64,000 nucleotides of DNA, taken from NCBI GenBank assembly GCA_043228905.1, contig JBHGNT010000005.1:23312001-23376000 (forward strand), in the 5' to 3' direction. A model generated the notes under the pieces. That model was not told the DNA's origin. It ran no database searches and saw only the letters and a program-made list of their open reading frames with translations. The DNA is from Azolla caroliniana. Taxonomy: Eukaryota; Plantae; Polypodiophyta. This document shows, piece by piece, positions 48,601-61,308 of this stretch (the first letter of the stretch is position 1; each line of letters starts with the position of its first letter). A program made the translations under genes and the position numbers.

Positions 48601-51600
48601 TTGATCGGGATGTCATCCAAGAATGGCATGGTGATGTCCGGGATACAGTCCCTCAGCACCTTGTTCATCGCATTCACCATGTGGGCCACCGAGTTCGTCC
48701 CTCCTTGTGGCAGGGTACACATCCGCACTAGGCCGAGAGGAGTCCGCATCGTCGTAATGTCTCTGCTCTCCACGGCTAGATGGAACTGATCGTACCCCGA
48801 GTACAGATCACTGACCGAGTAGATCGACCTTCCGGCGAAGGCCTCTGCGAACTCGTCTATCGTTGGTCCGATTCCTGCGTTCCGAATGGTCACTCTGTTG
48901 ACCGGTTGCAGGTCTTGAATAAAGCGCAATGTCCCGTTCTTCTTCGGCACGGTAAACCACCGGTTCGAGTACGGGGCACTCGACGGTTCGAGGATGCCCA
49001 TATCGACTTTCTGCCTCAACAGCTCCATCAGCTCCGGGATGTGAGCTCTCGGTACCGGAATTGGTTTGAGGTTCCACGGCACATGCGGTACAGTGAATAT
49101 CACCATCGGCTTCACGACTGTCGGGTCTACGCACCCGATCTATTCCGGTGAGAACGCGAAGGCTTTCTCGTGCCTTCCGAGCATTCTCCGAAACCGTTCT
49201 TCTTCCGCCGGCAGTAGGAACCCGCCCCCACCGATTTTGAGCTCCCGTAGCGTTCTGTCGGTGAAGGCGTGTCCTATGCAGGCCGGATCTCGTAAACTGG
49301 GGTCCGACGCGACCCCCTTTATTCGCAACTCGTTGCCCTCCGGTAAGGGTGCCGCGACTGGCCTTACCTTCCGGTCCATAGTCTTGTACTTCGTGTTAAC
49401 CCAGGCCGTCCGATCCGACTCGAGCCCTCGACTGAAGTCCGCGATGACTTCGTACATCTCTTCTGAACAAACCGGTATCGTCCGGTCCTCTTTAAGGCCC
49501 TCTTCGACCACCTCTTGCAGTATTCCCAAGGTATCGTCGAAGGAGACCGCCTCCACGGCTCCGTTGATTTCCTCGCTGGGCCCGAGAACTCCGCACGCCC
49601 GAAGTCGCTCTTCCGCCCTTGTCTTTTCTCAGCCAACAACGCCAACTATCGTACACCCTCCGTTGTCGGAGAAACAAAACTTCCTACTTATGGTACAAGG
49701 TTTCTTCGGTTTTGCCTCTATCGTACATTTGTGGGGTTTTCCCGGAGTGTCCGGACTATCGTGCCCCCACGCCTTGACAGCCCTCTCTAAAAATCCTCTC
49801 AGTTCTCGCCACCGAGGGACTCGCCGTTTCGCTCGTGGTTCGGTCGCACCGTCAGGAACTAGACCGAATGACGCCCGTCCTGACTCTTGACCCTCGCGTA
49901 AGCCGACCCGTTGTCCAACAACTTGGTCTCCATCCGTGCTGCCGTAATGTACGGTTCTCCCAGTATGACCGGGTGCGAGGACGTCTCCTGCACAAAGAAG
50001 TGTTGGTCTACCTCGACGTCGTTGATCTTGACTCGCACGTTTGGGCAGGCCCCGTGTAGTTCCTCAGTGGCGCGCGTCGCAACCCGTATCTTCCACCCGT
50101 GCTTGGTGTTGATCGGCCATTTCCCCTTCTTGTAGAAGTCCATGGACATCAGGTTTATTTCCGAAGCGTGGTCCACCAGCGCCACCACCGGTTCCCGAAC
50201 ATCTCCGATCTTCACCGGGGTTTCAGTGGTCGCTCGGGCCCAGTGTAGCCTCGAATAGTGGCTCTCCGCCCACTCGTCTTCCAGTGCCATGTCCTCTATG
50301 TGCGTCGTTCGCACCTCCACCGGCCTTTCCGGTTCTGTCTCCATCAACAACCTCTTCCTCTTCACCAAGTCTACGATGGAGTCATGGAACTCCTTCTTGG
50401 CGATTCCGAGCACCTCTCGCAACGACAGTTCCACCTTGCTGTCGAGGACTCGTTCTTCCAGGACCTTTCGTAGCTCCGTGGTCCTTTCGATCTCCGTGCC
50501 CAACCGGTATCCGCCCTTCTTGTAGTTATCCCGAGCACTGGTCTCACCGACCTCGTTCTGTTTCGGCCCGAATCGGGTTTCGTATCTCTATGACGGTCTG
50601 GCCGGTTTTACCTACACGTTTGTCTTCAACCAGAGCCTCGTAGTTCTGGCAAGCTGCTTCGACGAAACCCGTCTTTTCTTCGACCGAGTCACTCCACCCG
50701 GTTACCTCCTGGACCCGCTTCTCCGCGCGGTCCGCCTTGTCTTTCCTTAGTCGGGCACCGGCGAGGCCTTCCAGGATCATCGGCCAGAACCCGGCTTTGC
50801 TCTCCTTCCGGGCCTCGCTGCGTCCGACCCGAATACCGGCTGACGCCGAGTAGTGGACGGTTTCCGCGTGCCGGGCCGTCGCCTCTTCCATTAGCCTTTT
50901 CATTCCTCCTCGCCCGTCGTTTCGGTTCCGGGCCCTCCGGGTATCGCTGGCGTGCACCCGACCTTCCCACAGGTACACTACCCGGCTTCTCAACGCCTCC
51001 GCAAACTCCCCGCAGTCTTTCCGGATGTGGCCGACCTCGTCGCACCACATGCACCTATTTCCTGCCGGAGGCCGTCGGTCACGAGCCTGTTTGCTGCCTT
51101 CCCTCCGAGCCTGGGCGATCTAGAGATCCTTTACCGCCCGTGTCAACTCTTCCAAAGTTGTTCCCACGGACGAGCCTCTGACCACGCCGGTCAAAGCCGA
51201 ACCGGTTTTGAGCCACTCCCGGTTCTCATCCCTTCACGCCTGTGGTATCGGTTCGAGCTTCCCTACTGTAACAGGACCCGCCCCGGTCGCCCCTGTATCA
51301 GCTCACTCCCACCGTTTGTCAAAACGGCCTCAAACTCTTTTTACCGCGGCCCAGTCGGCTGTCAGCCCGTCTTTGGTTTCCAGTAAGGAGCCCACTTGCT
51401 CCCGATCCCGTGCGTCAACCGATTTGACAAACAGTAGGACATGACTTGTGTCTAGAACGGTCCGATCGAGCGCCGAAAGGCGCGCAAAGCGTTCCTCAAA
51501 CTCCCGGAGGAGTACTGACGCATTTCTTCCTTTGTTGGGGGACTCCACCCACTCCATGAAGCCCCGCTTCGAAAGCTGAAGCGCGTCATCCAGCCCGTAT

Positions 51601-52592
51601 TTCTCCAGGACCCGTACTTCGAACTCCTCCCAGGTCCGGCTCTTCGCCCGGACCTCGAGCACCTCCGCATGGATGCCCGGCATCGCCACTCGAGGGAATC
51701 CGGCAAGACGCCTCTCTTTCGGAATATCCCTCATCAACATCTCCGCCCGGTAGGACGCCAAATAACTCGTGGCATCCTTTCCACTGAACCGGCCAATCGT
51801 ACCGACGATCACCTCAATAGCCCTGTCAAGGGCGCCGGTGCCCTCGCGCGCGCTCACTATCCGGTCCACGGCCGAAGCCATGGCCTCTGCAAGATCCGAC
51901 CCCCTCATCTTCTGCTCCTCTACCGCCTTGTTTCACATCGGGTTCACCAAAGATGTCATGCGTGGAGAAACGAGGCGGGACCACCGAGGTCTTGAACCAA
52001 AGAGCAGGTGATAGAAGGGGAAAGAGAAAGAGAGAGACGCTCGGTTACGTATGAGCAAAGTAACACAGGGACACAACCCATCAACGCAGAAGACACGAAT
52101 GGACACAGAGACAGAGAGACACGAATGTTTGTATATTAAAGAATGACAAAAAAAAACAACAGAGCGCGCGAGCGGTTACAACCGAACAGGCCGGCGAACA
52201 GATGTCGATGCCTGTTCGTCTGCGCACGAAAGGGGATAGGATGGAGGTGTTGCCGGAAGCACACAGGCGTTCCTCGAAGCAGCGCGAGCCTCCCGAAAAC
52301 CTGCAGAGAAGATCGATGGAGAACGAATCAGAGGAGAAGCGTTCGGTTTCGGTCCGACAACACTTCGTCCTCCTCAATGCGCGATCCCCCTCTGCCCGCG
52401 TCTCCCTCTCTTTTATAGCTTCCAGAAGGGAGTCGTTTCCCTCATTAACTTCCTACCTACCGAATCTAACTACCCAGGATATACCTTTGTACCTAATTCT
52501 CTATTATTTACATTAAAGGGCGCGCACGCGTGAAGAGCCGGTTCACGCGCACTATGCACCGATTGCACTAAGGGACGGTTTTCTTCACGTCA
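45685..52592 (-). mobile_element. Phygy-like gypsy element C, full-length and decayed
   Basis: LTRs 45685-46338 and 51954-52592; TSD CCGG (45681-45684 and 52593-52596); PBS 51949-51932; gag from 51908, CDEVGHIRKDC knuckle, protease, RT PFLDDIP (48201-49115), integrase. Confidence 0.95.
49731..49796 (-). promoter_or_regulatory. Putative -1 frameshift signal (element C)
   Basis: GGATTTT-TAGAGA-GGGCTGTC..GTGGGG..GATAGTCC..CCCCAC. Confidence 0.72.
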
Positions 52593-55074
52593 CCGGATTC
52601 CTGCCGACACCGCATAATTCACGGCCTCAGTGTGTCGCGTGGCGGCCTCATCCATCAGACTCTTCATTCCACTTTGAGGGCTCTCCGAGTCTCGCTGGAG
52701 TGCACCCGGCCACCCCAGAGGTACACCGTGTTAGTTCTAAGCGCATCTGCGAAATCCGCGCAGTCTCTACGGGCATGGCCGAATGCGTCGCACCCTATGC
52801 ATTGCTGCCCTGCCGGTGGCCTTCGGTCGCGAGACTGGTCACCGTTGTCCCGTCGTGCCTGCACGATCTGGAGGTCGCGCACCATTTGTGTCTATTCTTC
52901 CAGGCCGCACCTCCGGAGGGACCTTTGACCACGCCGCTTGACGCCGACACCGTCTCAAGCAAGTTTCGGTTTTCTTCTTTTCATGACGGCTGTTGAGAGA
53001 CAAGCTCAACATCGGCCGGATCGGCTGAAGAAGCCGAGGACCGGATCGGTTGGGACCGATCGGTTAGGCCGAGTGCGTAAACCGGTACGCAGACCGGTGT
53101 GTAGGTAGGGCCGGATCGGTGCAGAAACCAGGAGGCCATTAGGAAAGATATTCCGTGAGGAATACGTTTGGGAGTTAGTGTAGGAGCTCTTAATGAGCAT
53201 TGAAGTATTGTCAGTACTTCGGTCAGTCCTTCTAGGACTTGTATAAAAGTGTTCACTGAACACACATATGTATAGAGTGTGTGTTGAATATAGCAGTATG
53301 TGTGTTTTTTCTCTCACTCTCTGTCTCTCCCGAGTATATTGCGTAAGCTCAAGCTCTCCATTAAACCTGAGTTTTCTTCCTTCTGTTCAGTCTTCATACT
53401 TGCTTCCGCACGTTACTTTTTACATGGTATCAGAGCGCGAGGGTTCAGAACCTCTCTGCAGCCGACACAGCTTGACGAAGAAGAACCAGAAGTACGATGG
53501 ATAGAGGCATGGCGAGCTCGCTTCCAACAGAGAAGCTCGACAGAACTAACTACGCGTCTTGGTCCTACAAGATGCACCAGTACCTACTCGGGCACGGCTA
53601 CTGGAGTTATGTCGAAGGAGCTAATGACGCGACACCCGAATCGACACACAAAGACTTCCCGTCGTGGGAGCAATCGTGTGTGGGCGAACAGCTATTGAGC
53701 TATGTTCGGTATGCAAAGACGCCGAAGGGTGCGTGGGAAAATCTGAAGAAGATTTTCGCCGCGAGCACCATAGCCAGGAAGCTTCAACTCCGACAGGAGT
53801 TGAGCAACCTACGACAACGCGACTTGTCGGTGGCAGACTCACTCTGGAAGATCAAGGATATCTGCGACTCCCTCGCCTCCATAGAGGTGAACATCGAGGA
53901 GAGCGAGATGGTCCAGATCTATCTCGGAGGTTTGGTGTCGAAGTTCGGAGCATTCCGAACGGCTGTGTGTACCCGGGAGAATACGTCGTCCTTTTTCGAC
54001 TTACAGTCAATGCTCCTGGTAGAGGAGAACCACGCGGGTGCGTCTGCAAGCACGCACACCGACAGCAGAATGTTGTACACGGAGGGAGATAGGCCCCGTG
54101 GATGTGGAGGACGAGGCGAGTCGGTGCGCAATGGAGGCGGCCGACGAGATCAAGGAAGAAGGCACCGAAGTGATGTCGACAGCAACTCCGGACCCTCCGG
54201 AAACAGGGGGAGTCGAAGCGATGAGAACCGGCAAGGGAAGGCCATCGCGGAGTGCTGGTACTGTGGCAAGAAAGGCCACAGGGAAAGTGAGTGCTGGAAG
54301 AAGCGCGCCGATTCGAAGAGAACCGGTTCTGGAAACGGCTCCGCACATACCGACAAGGGAAATCGGCAGCGATCGCTCTACGCCGAAGACTCCGGGAGAG
54401 CCGGAGAAGGTTCTGCCTTCGTGACGAGACACGAAGCAAACTCAATGAAACAGACCACCCCGAGATCGGATGAGGTGTGGTACGTAGACTCCGGCGCGTC
54501 AAACCACATGACAAGCCATAAGGAGTGGTTCTCGTACCTTGAAAAACCGATACAACCTGGAGTAGTCGCAACTGGAGACGACACTCCGCATCCGATCGCG
54601 AATGTCGGAGAAGTTCCCCTTAGCCATGTCGAGCAGAAAGGGAAACTCATGAACGTGATGCACGTTCCGACAATCACGAAGAACTTGGTCTCGGTCGGAC
54701 AGATCGTCGTCCAAGGGATGGAGGTTCGGTTTACACACCTCGGGTGCTTCATTGAGGAAGAAGGCCGTGTGATTGCGCAAGGGCGCAGAGACGGGAGGAT
54801 GTTCATCCTCGATTCCACTGACAGCGGCACCGCAATGTTTGCGAAGGGACAAAAAGCCGAGTCGGACATCGACTTGTGGCACAAGCGGATAGGCCACGTC
54901 AACTACCAGCGGCTTCAAGATCTGCAATCGAAACAGGTAGTGTTCGGATTGCCCAAATTTAGTGGCCGAAAGGCACAAATTTGTGAAGCCTGCCAGCTCG
55001 GGAAGCAACACCGACTTCCTTTCCCCAACGAGCGAAACCGGAGCCGGAACAAGCTCGACCTTATACACTCCGAT

Positions 55075-55900
55075 TGACAGGAACTCAACGCTCCTTATGT
55101 CCAACACTCGGCCACAACCGAGCGTCTTTTCATACACAGAAAAACGGGAAACAAATGCACGACACAAAGGAGAGAAATTACACAGGAGGTTTACGTGGAA
55201 AACCCCAAACTAGGGGAAAAACCACGGCACCCCACAGGCTGCAAACTGTCACTATGTAGTAATGTACAAAACAGTGAGTTCACGGAGGCAACGACCTCGT
55301 GCTCACGATCTTCGCCACAGGCGACGGTTACAACAGAGGCAGCAACCTCTTTCTCTCTCTCTCTCTCTGTACACTGTTACGTGCTTACTCTTCTTCTTGC
55401 ACCAACAAGAAAAATAATGACAACTAACTCTCTAAAAGTTTGCCCTAAGTCATATTTATACTAATATGACTTTTCAGCTATTTACAAATATAGCCTCGAT
55501 GAACTCTCAGAAAACATATTACGAATATGTCTCTTCATCCGGTTCATACCGGGTCTGCACCATCCGGCTCTCCGTAGCCAGGTACTCCTTATCCGGTCTT
55601 CACCGGGTCTGTATCATCCGGCTCTCCGTAGCCGGGTACTCCTCATCCGGTCTTCACCGGGTCTACACCATCTGGCTCTCCGTAGCCGGGTACTCCTCAT
55701 CCGGTCTTCACCAGGTCTGCACCATCCGGCTCTCCGTAGCCGGGTTCTCCTCATCCGGTCTTCACCGGGTCTGCACCATCCGGCTCTCCGTAGCCGGGTT
55801 CTCCTCATACCGTTTCGGCCTCATCCTATCGGCCTCGGCCGAGTTTGTTCATCGGCACTGTTCTTCTCCCTTCCCATCCGGAGGGACCTGTCTCCCAACA
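55075..55900 (-). mobile_element. Solo LTR of the Tnt1/Tork-like copia group
   Basis: TG...CA ends; TSD CCGAT (55070-55074 and 55901-55905); homologous to 61309-62019 and 23068-23674. Confidence 0.93.
55549..55808. repeat. 54-bp CCGG-rich tandem repeat, about 5 copies, in U3
   Basis: Unit CCGGGTCTGCACCATCCGGCTCTCCGTAGCCGGGTACTCCTCATCCGGTCTTCA; about 3 copies at 61790-61945. Confidence 0.92.
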
Positions 55901-58787
55901 CCGATGTATGGGGGCCGGCACAAAACGTTAGTCTTGGCGGGAGCCGATATTTCGTCTCCTTTATCGACGACCACACGCGGCACACATGGATCTACCTCAT
56001 TGAGAGGAAGAGCGAAGTCTTCGACTGTTTCCGGGACCTCAAAGGGTTCGTGGAAACGGAAACGGGACAAAAGATCAAGTGCCTGCGGTCGGATGGCGGG
56101 AAAGAGTACTTTTCCGGTCAATTCAACGGTTATCTACAACAAATGGGAATTCGGCGCGAATTCAGTTGTAGATACACGTCGGAGCAGAACGGCGTGGCCG
56201 AGAGGAAGAATCGGTCAGTTGTGGAAGCGGCACGGGCAATGTTGGAGGAGAAGAGCTTGCCCAAGTTTTACTGGGCCGAGGCGGTAAGGACTGCGGTATA
56301 CATCCAGAACCGGATCGGAGAGAAAGTGTCGGCGCACGAGCTATATTTCGGAACGAAACCGAACTTGCGACACTTGAGGGTGTTCGGTAGCATTGCGTAT
56401 GTGCATGTACCGAAGGAGAAAAGGAGGAAGTTGGACGCAAAGGCTGAGAAATGCATCTTGGTCGGTTACTCGGATGAGCAGAAGGGTTATAAATGCTATA
56501 ACCCTCGCACCAAACAAGCGCGTGTTAGCCGCAATGTTGTGTTTGATGAGTCCGCGTCCTGGTACCAGCCCCCGACTACGAACCCCGACTCCAATCCGAG
56601 TTCTGAGGATGAAGTCAACGAGGCCGAGGTGCCTTCGTATGAGCCTGAAATCGAGACCCGCGAAGAGAGTCCGATTTCACTCCGCTTAAGTGGACCGATT
56701 GGACGACTGAGTCGGTACGATCAGTCCGATGAAGAGTCGGCGAGTAGTGGAGACTCGGCCGTGCATTCCCCGCGCAGGAAGCCGAGGAGATGGCTTACGC
56801 GCAAGGAGAAAGGGAAGAAGAAGGTGTCGGATTCCGGCACGGATAGGAACGAGTCAGACCGACGCGAGTCCGACTCTGAGGGAACCGGTGACGGGTCTTT
56901 AAAGGTCAAGTCCGCGTCGACCGAGAAGGCCTCGACATCGGCTAATGCGAGATTACGCCGATCTACCCACCAGAAGAATCTTGTTTTGTGGTTCGGATAC
57001 AACGAGTACATGGCGCATCATTATGCGTACATGACCCGTGTAGCGGAAGTGCGTGAGCCGGAGAGCTACACAGAAGCGGCTAAAGACGCGAATTGGCGTG
57101 CCGCGATGGAGGAAGAGATGCACGCATTGGCGGAGAACGAGACCTGGGACCTGGTTGACGCACCAAAAGGGGTAAAACCAATCGGGTGTAGGTGGGTGTA
57201 CAAGGTTAAGTACAACACCGATGGCTCGGTCAACCGGTACAAGGCTCGGCTGGTGGCAAAGGGCTACGCGCAGAAACACGGCATCGACTACGATGAGACG
57301 TTTGCGCCGGTCGCGAAAGTGACGACCGTTCGTGTTTTGTTCACAGTAGCTGCGGCGAAGGGGTGGCACTTACATCAGATGGATGTAAAGAATGCGTTCC
57401 TACAAGGTGACCTTGAGGAACAGGTGTACATGGTACAGCCCCCCCGATTTCACTCTGGAACGAACTCCTCGGCAGTATGCCGACTGAAGAAGTCCCTTTA
57501 CGGACTGAAGCAAGCCTCGCGTGCCTAGAACGCGAAGATCACGCAACAACTGCGTCGGATGGGCTTCGTCACGTCAAAATCGGACTCTTCCCTGTTCATC
57601 CGGAAAGGTCGACTCGGACCGGTTAGTATTTTACTATATGTTGATGATTTGGTCATCACCGGCGCCGACCTAGGTGAAATCGACCGCATAAAGCTCCAGC
57701 TTGCGGCATCGTTCGACATGAAGGATCTGGGGGACCTTCATTACTTCCTCGGGATCGAAGTGATCCGGACCCCCGAAGGCATATTGATCAGCCAACGTCA
57801 TTACGTGCTGAGTATGCTCTTCAAATTCGGGATGGCTGACTGTAAGTTCGTCTCGACTCCTCTGGATAGAACCGTTAAGCTTCGTCCCGATACGGGAAAG
57901 GTATGCAACCCGACAAGGTTCCGACAAATTGTCGGAAGCCTCATATACTTGACCATCACCCGACCCGACCTCAGTTATCCAGTCGGAGTGATCAGTCAGT
58001 TCATGGCGCGACCTACCGAGGAGCACCTCCAGTGTGCGCAACGCATACTTCGGTATGTCAACGGCACTAAGGACTGGGGACTGCTATATCGGACCGGTGC
58101 AGCCGCGCAGTTAGTCGGCTACACCGATGCTGATTGGGCTGGCAACGCCGCCGATCGCCGATCCACGTCCGGATACGCGTTCTCCCTCGGAAGTGCCGCG
58201 GTCGCGTGGAGCAGTAAGAAGCAGCCGACAGTTGCATTGTCGAGCACCGAAGCTGAGTACCGAGGAGCAGCTGTCGCGACATGCGAAGCCATATGGTTGA
58301 AGCGGCTACTTAAGGACCTGCAAGAGGAGGTGTCAGATCCGACGACGATCTACTACAACAACCTCAGCAGCATCCAGCTCGCGAAAAACCCCGTTTTCCA
58401 CGCACGGACCAAGCACATTGAGGTGCACTACCATTTTGTCCGTAAGCGTGTCCTTTCCGGTGAAGTCGAACTTCAGTACATTCCGACGGATCGGCAGACT
58501 GCCGACATCTTCACCAAGCCTCTTGGTCTGGACAAGTTGCGGCAATTCTCAGGTGCGCTCCGATTGCGTCACCTCGACGTGCCAAACTTGAGGGGGAGAA
58601 CAGTCCCGAACAACCAAGCAAGGTAGCAGGAAAGGAGCGGAGACCGCGACACCGAGTCGGTTGACTCGATTGTCGAGTTCGACTTCGGATCGGCTGAAGA
58701 AGCTGAGGGCAGCCCTGTGGAAAAGTCCGGAAGCAGACTGAAGGGGAGCAGCCGAAGGAGAGAGCCGAAGCCAACCACGCATGGGGA

Positions 58788-58947
58788 AGATGATGTCATC
58801 GAGGGCGAGAAGACCGAAGACAAGTTGGAGACAGCCAACTCGAACGAGAGCGAAAACCGATCGGAGGAGATGATGTCATCGAGGGCGAGAAGACCGAAGA
58901 CAAGTTGGAGACAGCCAACTCGAACGAGAGCGAAAACCGATCGGAGG
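58788..58947. repeat. Perfect 80-bp tandem duplication
   Basis: AGATGATGTCATCGAGGGCG...AACCGATCGGAGG occurs twice, period 80. Confidence 0.95.
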
Positions 58948-60358
58948 TAGCCGAGTCAGTTCGGATGTTTGATTCAGATACGTTGAATCAACCGAGGCCC
59001 AAGCGGAAGAAAAGGCAGCAGGAGAAGCGTCAACATCGCAACAGCAGAAGAGCTGATAAGGGCCACATGAGCAGACAAGCCGACCGGAAGGGTCGAAGCG
59101 AGCGGAGACGAACAGGTCGTGGAGCGCGAGCGAGGCGTGAAGCCAGGAGGAACCGGAGTTGTGAGCCCAAAGATCCCGAAGAGCCTCAAGTTGAGCTTGA
59201 GGGGGAGTGTTGAGAGACAAGCTCAACATTGGCCGGATTGGCTGAAGAAGCCGAGGACCGGATCGGTTGGGACCAATTGGTTTATGCTGAGTGTGTAAAC
59301 CGGTACGCAGACCGGTATGTAGGTAGGGCCGGATCGGTGCGGAAATCGGGAGGCCGTTAGGAAAGATATTCCGTGAGGAATACATTTGGGAGTTAGTGTA
59401 GGAGCTCTAAATGAGCATTGAAGTACTGTTTGTACTTCGGTCAGTCCTTCTAGGACTTGTATAAAAGTGTTCACTGAACACACATATGTACAGAGTGTGT
59501 GTTGAATATAGTAGTGTGTGTGTTTTTTCTCTCACTCTCTATCTCTCCCAAGTATACTGCGTAAGCTCAAGCTCTCCATTAAACCTGAGTTTTCTTCCTT
59601 CTGTTCGGTCTTCAAACTTGCTTCCGCACGTTACTTTTTACACCGGCGAAGGCTCCTCGAACTGCCTTGCCGGGACGGGCCTTGCTGTCGACGACCCTTC
59701 ATCACTCCATTCCCGCCGTTTGTCGAAACGGCTGCAGACTCCTTTAACCACGGCCCAGTCAGTCGTGAGCCCTTCATCGGTCTCCAACAAGAGACCCACC
59801 TTCTCTGTGTCCAATGCGTCCACCGCTTTGACGAACAGTAGTACCCGACTCGTATCAAGCACAGTCCGGTCTAACGCCGACAACCGCGTGAACCGCGTTT
59901 CAAATTCCTGGAGGAGCGCCAATGTGCTCCTCCCCTTCCCAAGGCTTTCGACCCATGCCATGAAGTCCCGCTTCGACAGTCGAAGCGAGTTGTTGAACCC
60001 ATACCTTTCGAGGAGCCGCTCCCCGAAAACCTCCCACGTCTAGCATCCGGCCAGCACCTCGAGCACCTCTGCATGAATGCTCAGCATCACCACTCGAGGG
60101 AATCCGGCCAGCCGCCTGTCTTCAGGGATGTCTCTCATGATCATCTCAGCCCGATAGGCCTCCAAATAGCTCGTGGCATTCTTACCACCAAATCGGCTTA
60201 CGGTGCTAACGATCGATTTTATGGCTCTGTCGAAGTACCTGTTCCCTCACGAGCGCTCACTAGCCGATCAACGGCTACTGCTATAGCTTCAGCAAGCTCA
60301 GATCCCCTCATCTTCCACTCCTTTGCCGCCTCCTTCACATCGGGTTCACCAAATATGT

Positions 60359-60425
60359 CGTGTTACTACGCTTTCGTGGATCAAAAGAGACGGGACCGCG
60401 GGGGCCCTGAACCAAGGAGCGTGAC

Positions 60426-60504
<79 letters not shown>

Positions 60505-60772
60505 TTTGCTGAACACTATGAACGAGAGAGAGAGAGAGAGAACAAAACAGTTTGATTATAACACTAATAACGATTACAACCGGCACACTGGCAACAGACC
60601 CAACACGGGAGCCCACACACACACACACAGATGTCACACGCCAAGCACAGAAACGCGAAGGGAGAGCCTCTGATGGAAGCGCACGGGTTGTCCACGAAGC
60701 AGAGGCGTATTACTATGCTTTCGTGGATCAAAAGAGACGGGACTGCGGGGGCCCTGAACCAAGGAGCGTGAT

Positions 60773-60835
<63 letters not shown>

Positions 60836-61037
60836 TTTGCTGAACACTATGAACGAGAGAGAGAGAGAAAACAGAACAGTTTGATTATAACACCAATAAC
60901 GATTACAACCGGCACACTGGCAACAGACCCAACACGGGAGCCCACACACACACACACAGATGTCACACGCCAAGCACAGAAACGCGAAGGGAGAGCCTCT
61001 GATGGAAGCGCACGGGTTGTCCACGAAGCAGAGGCGA
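60359..61037. repeat. ~340-bp tandem duplication within the LTR of element A, including (GA)n tracts
   Basis: TTACTA(C/T)GCTTTCGTGGATCAAAAGAGACGGG...CACGAAGCAGAGGCG repeated at about 60360 and about 60707. Confidence 0.9.
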
Positions 61038-61308
61038 CGATCTCCAAAACCCGCAGAGAATGACAACCGAAGGAGGAGAGAAAGAGAGCTCGGTACACAG
61101 TCCGGTAGCACTTCGTCCTCGCTAATGCACGATATCTTCTGTTCTTCCTTCACTTCTTCCTTATATAGGTTGTTGGGGAGATTCTGTTCTCCTTCACTCA
61201 CAGTCACATTGCTTTATTCTCTGTCCCTTCGGGCAGAGATACACATTGATTTCCTAATAAATGTGTCGCACCTAGCATATTTACATCACCCGCCCTACAC
61301 ATAATTAT

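Larger units (their letters stand above)
53509..58626 (+). pseudogene. copia gag-pol, interrupted by a solo LTR and a TAG at 57526
   Basis: CWYCGKKGHRESEC, WYVDSGASNHMT, LIHSD|VWGP split by the insertion, [35 protein letters not shown]. Confidence 0.93.
52991..59642 (+). mobile_element. Ty1/copia element with an extended 3' region (lineage uncertain, possibly bryophyte-specific)
   Basis: LTRs 52991-53424 and 59208-59642, diverged mostly by transitions; TSD ACGGC/CCGGC; PBS TGGTATCAGAGC 53425-53436; PPT GAGGGGGAG. Confidence 0.95.

Noticed and set aside
49066-49890. Long antisense ORFs over pol (also 44038-44676, 53852-55167, 24526-25017)
   Set aside because: Expected shadow frames of GC-rich coding sequence; their boundaries are not conserved between copies.
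55466-56287. 273-aa ORF with 18-aa repeats (and similar ORFs at 61505-62189)
   Set aside because: Translation of the 54-bp LTR tandem repeat, running across an insertion junction.
60073-61304. ERERER and SLSLSL peptides
   Set aside because: Translations of (GA)n/(CT)n microsatellites in LTRs.
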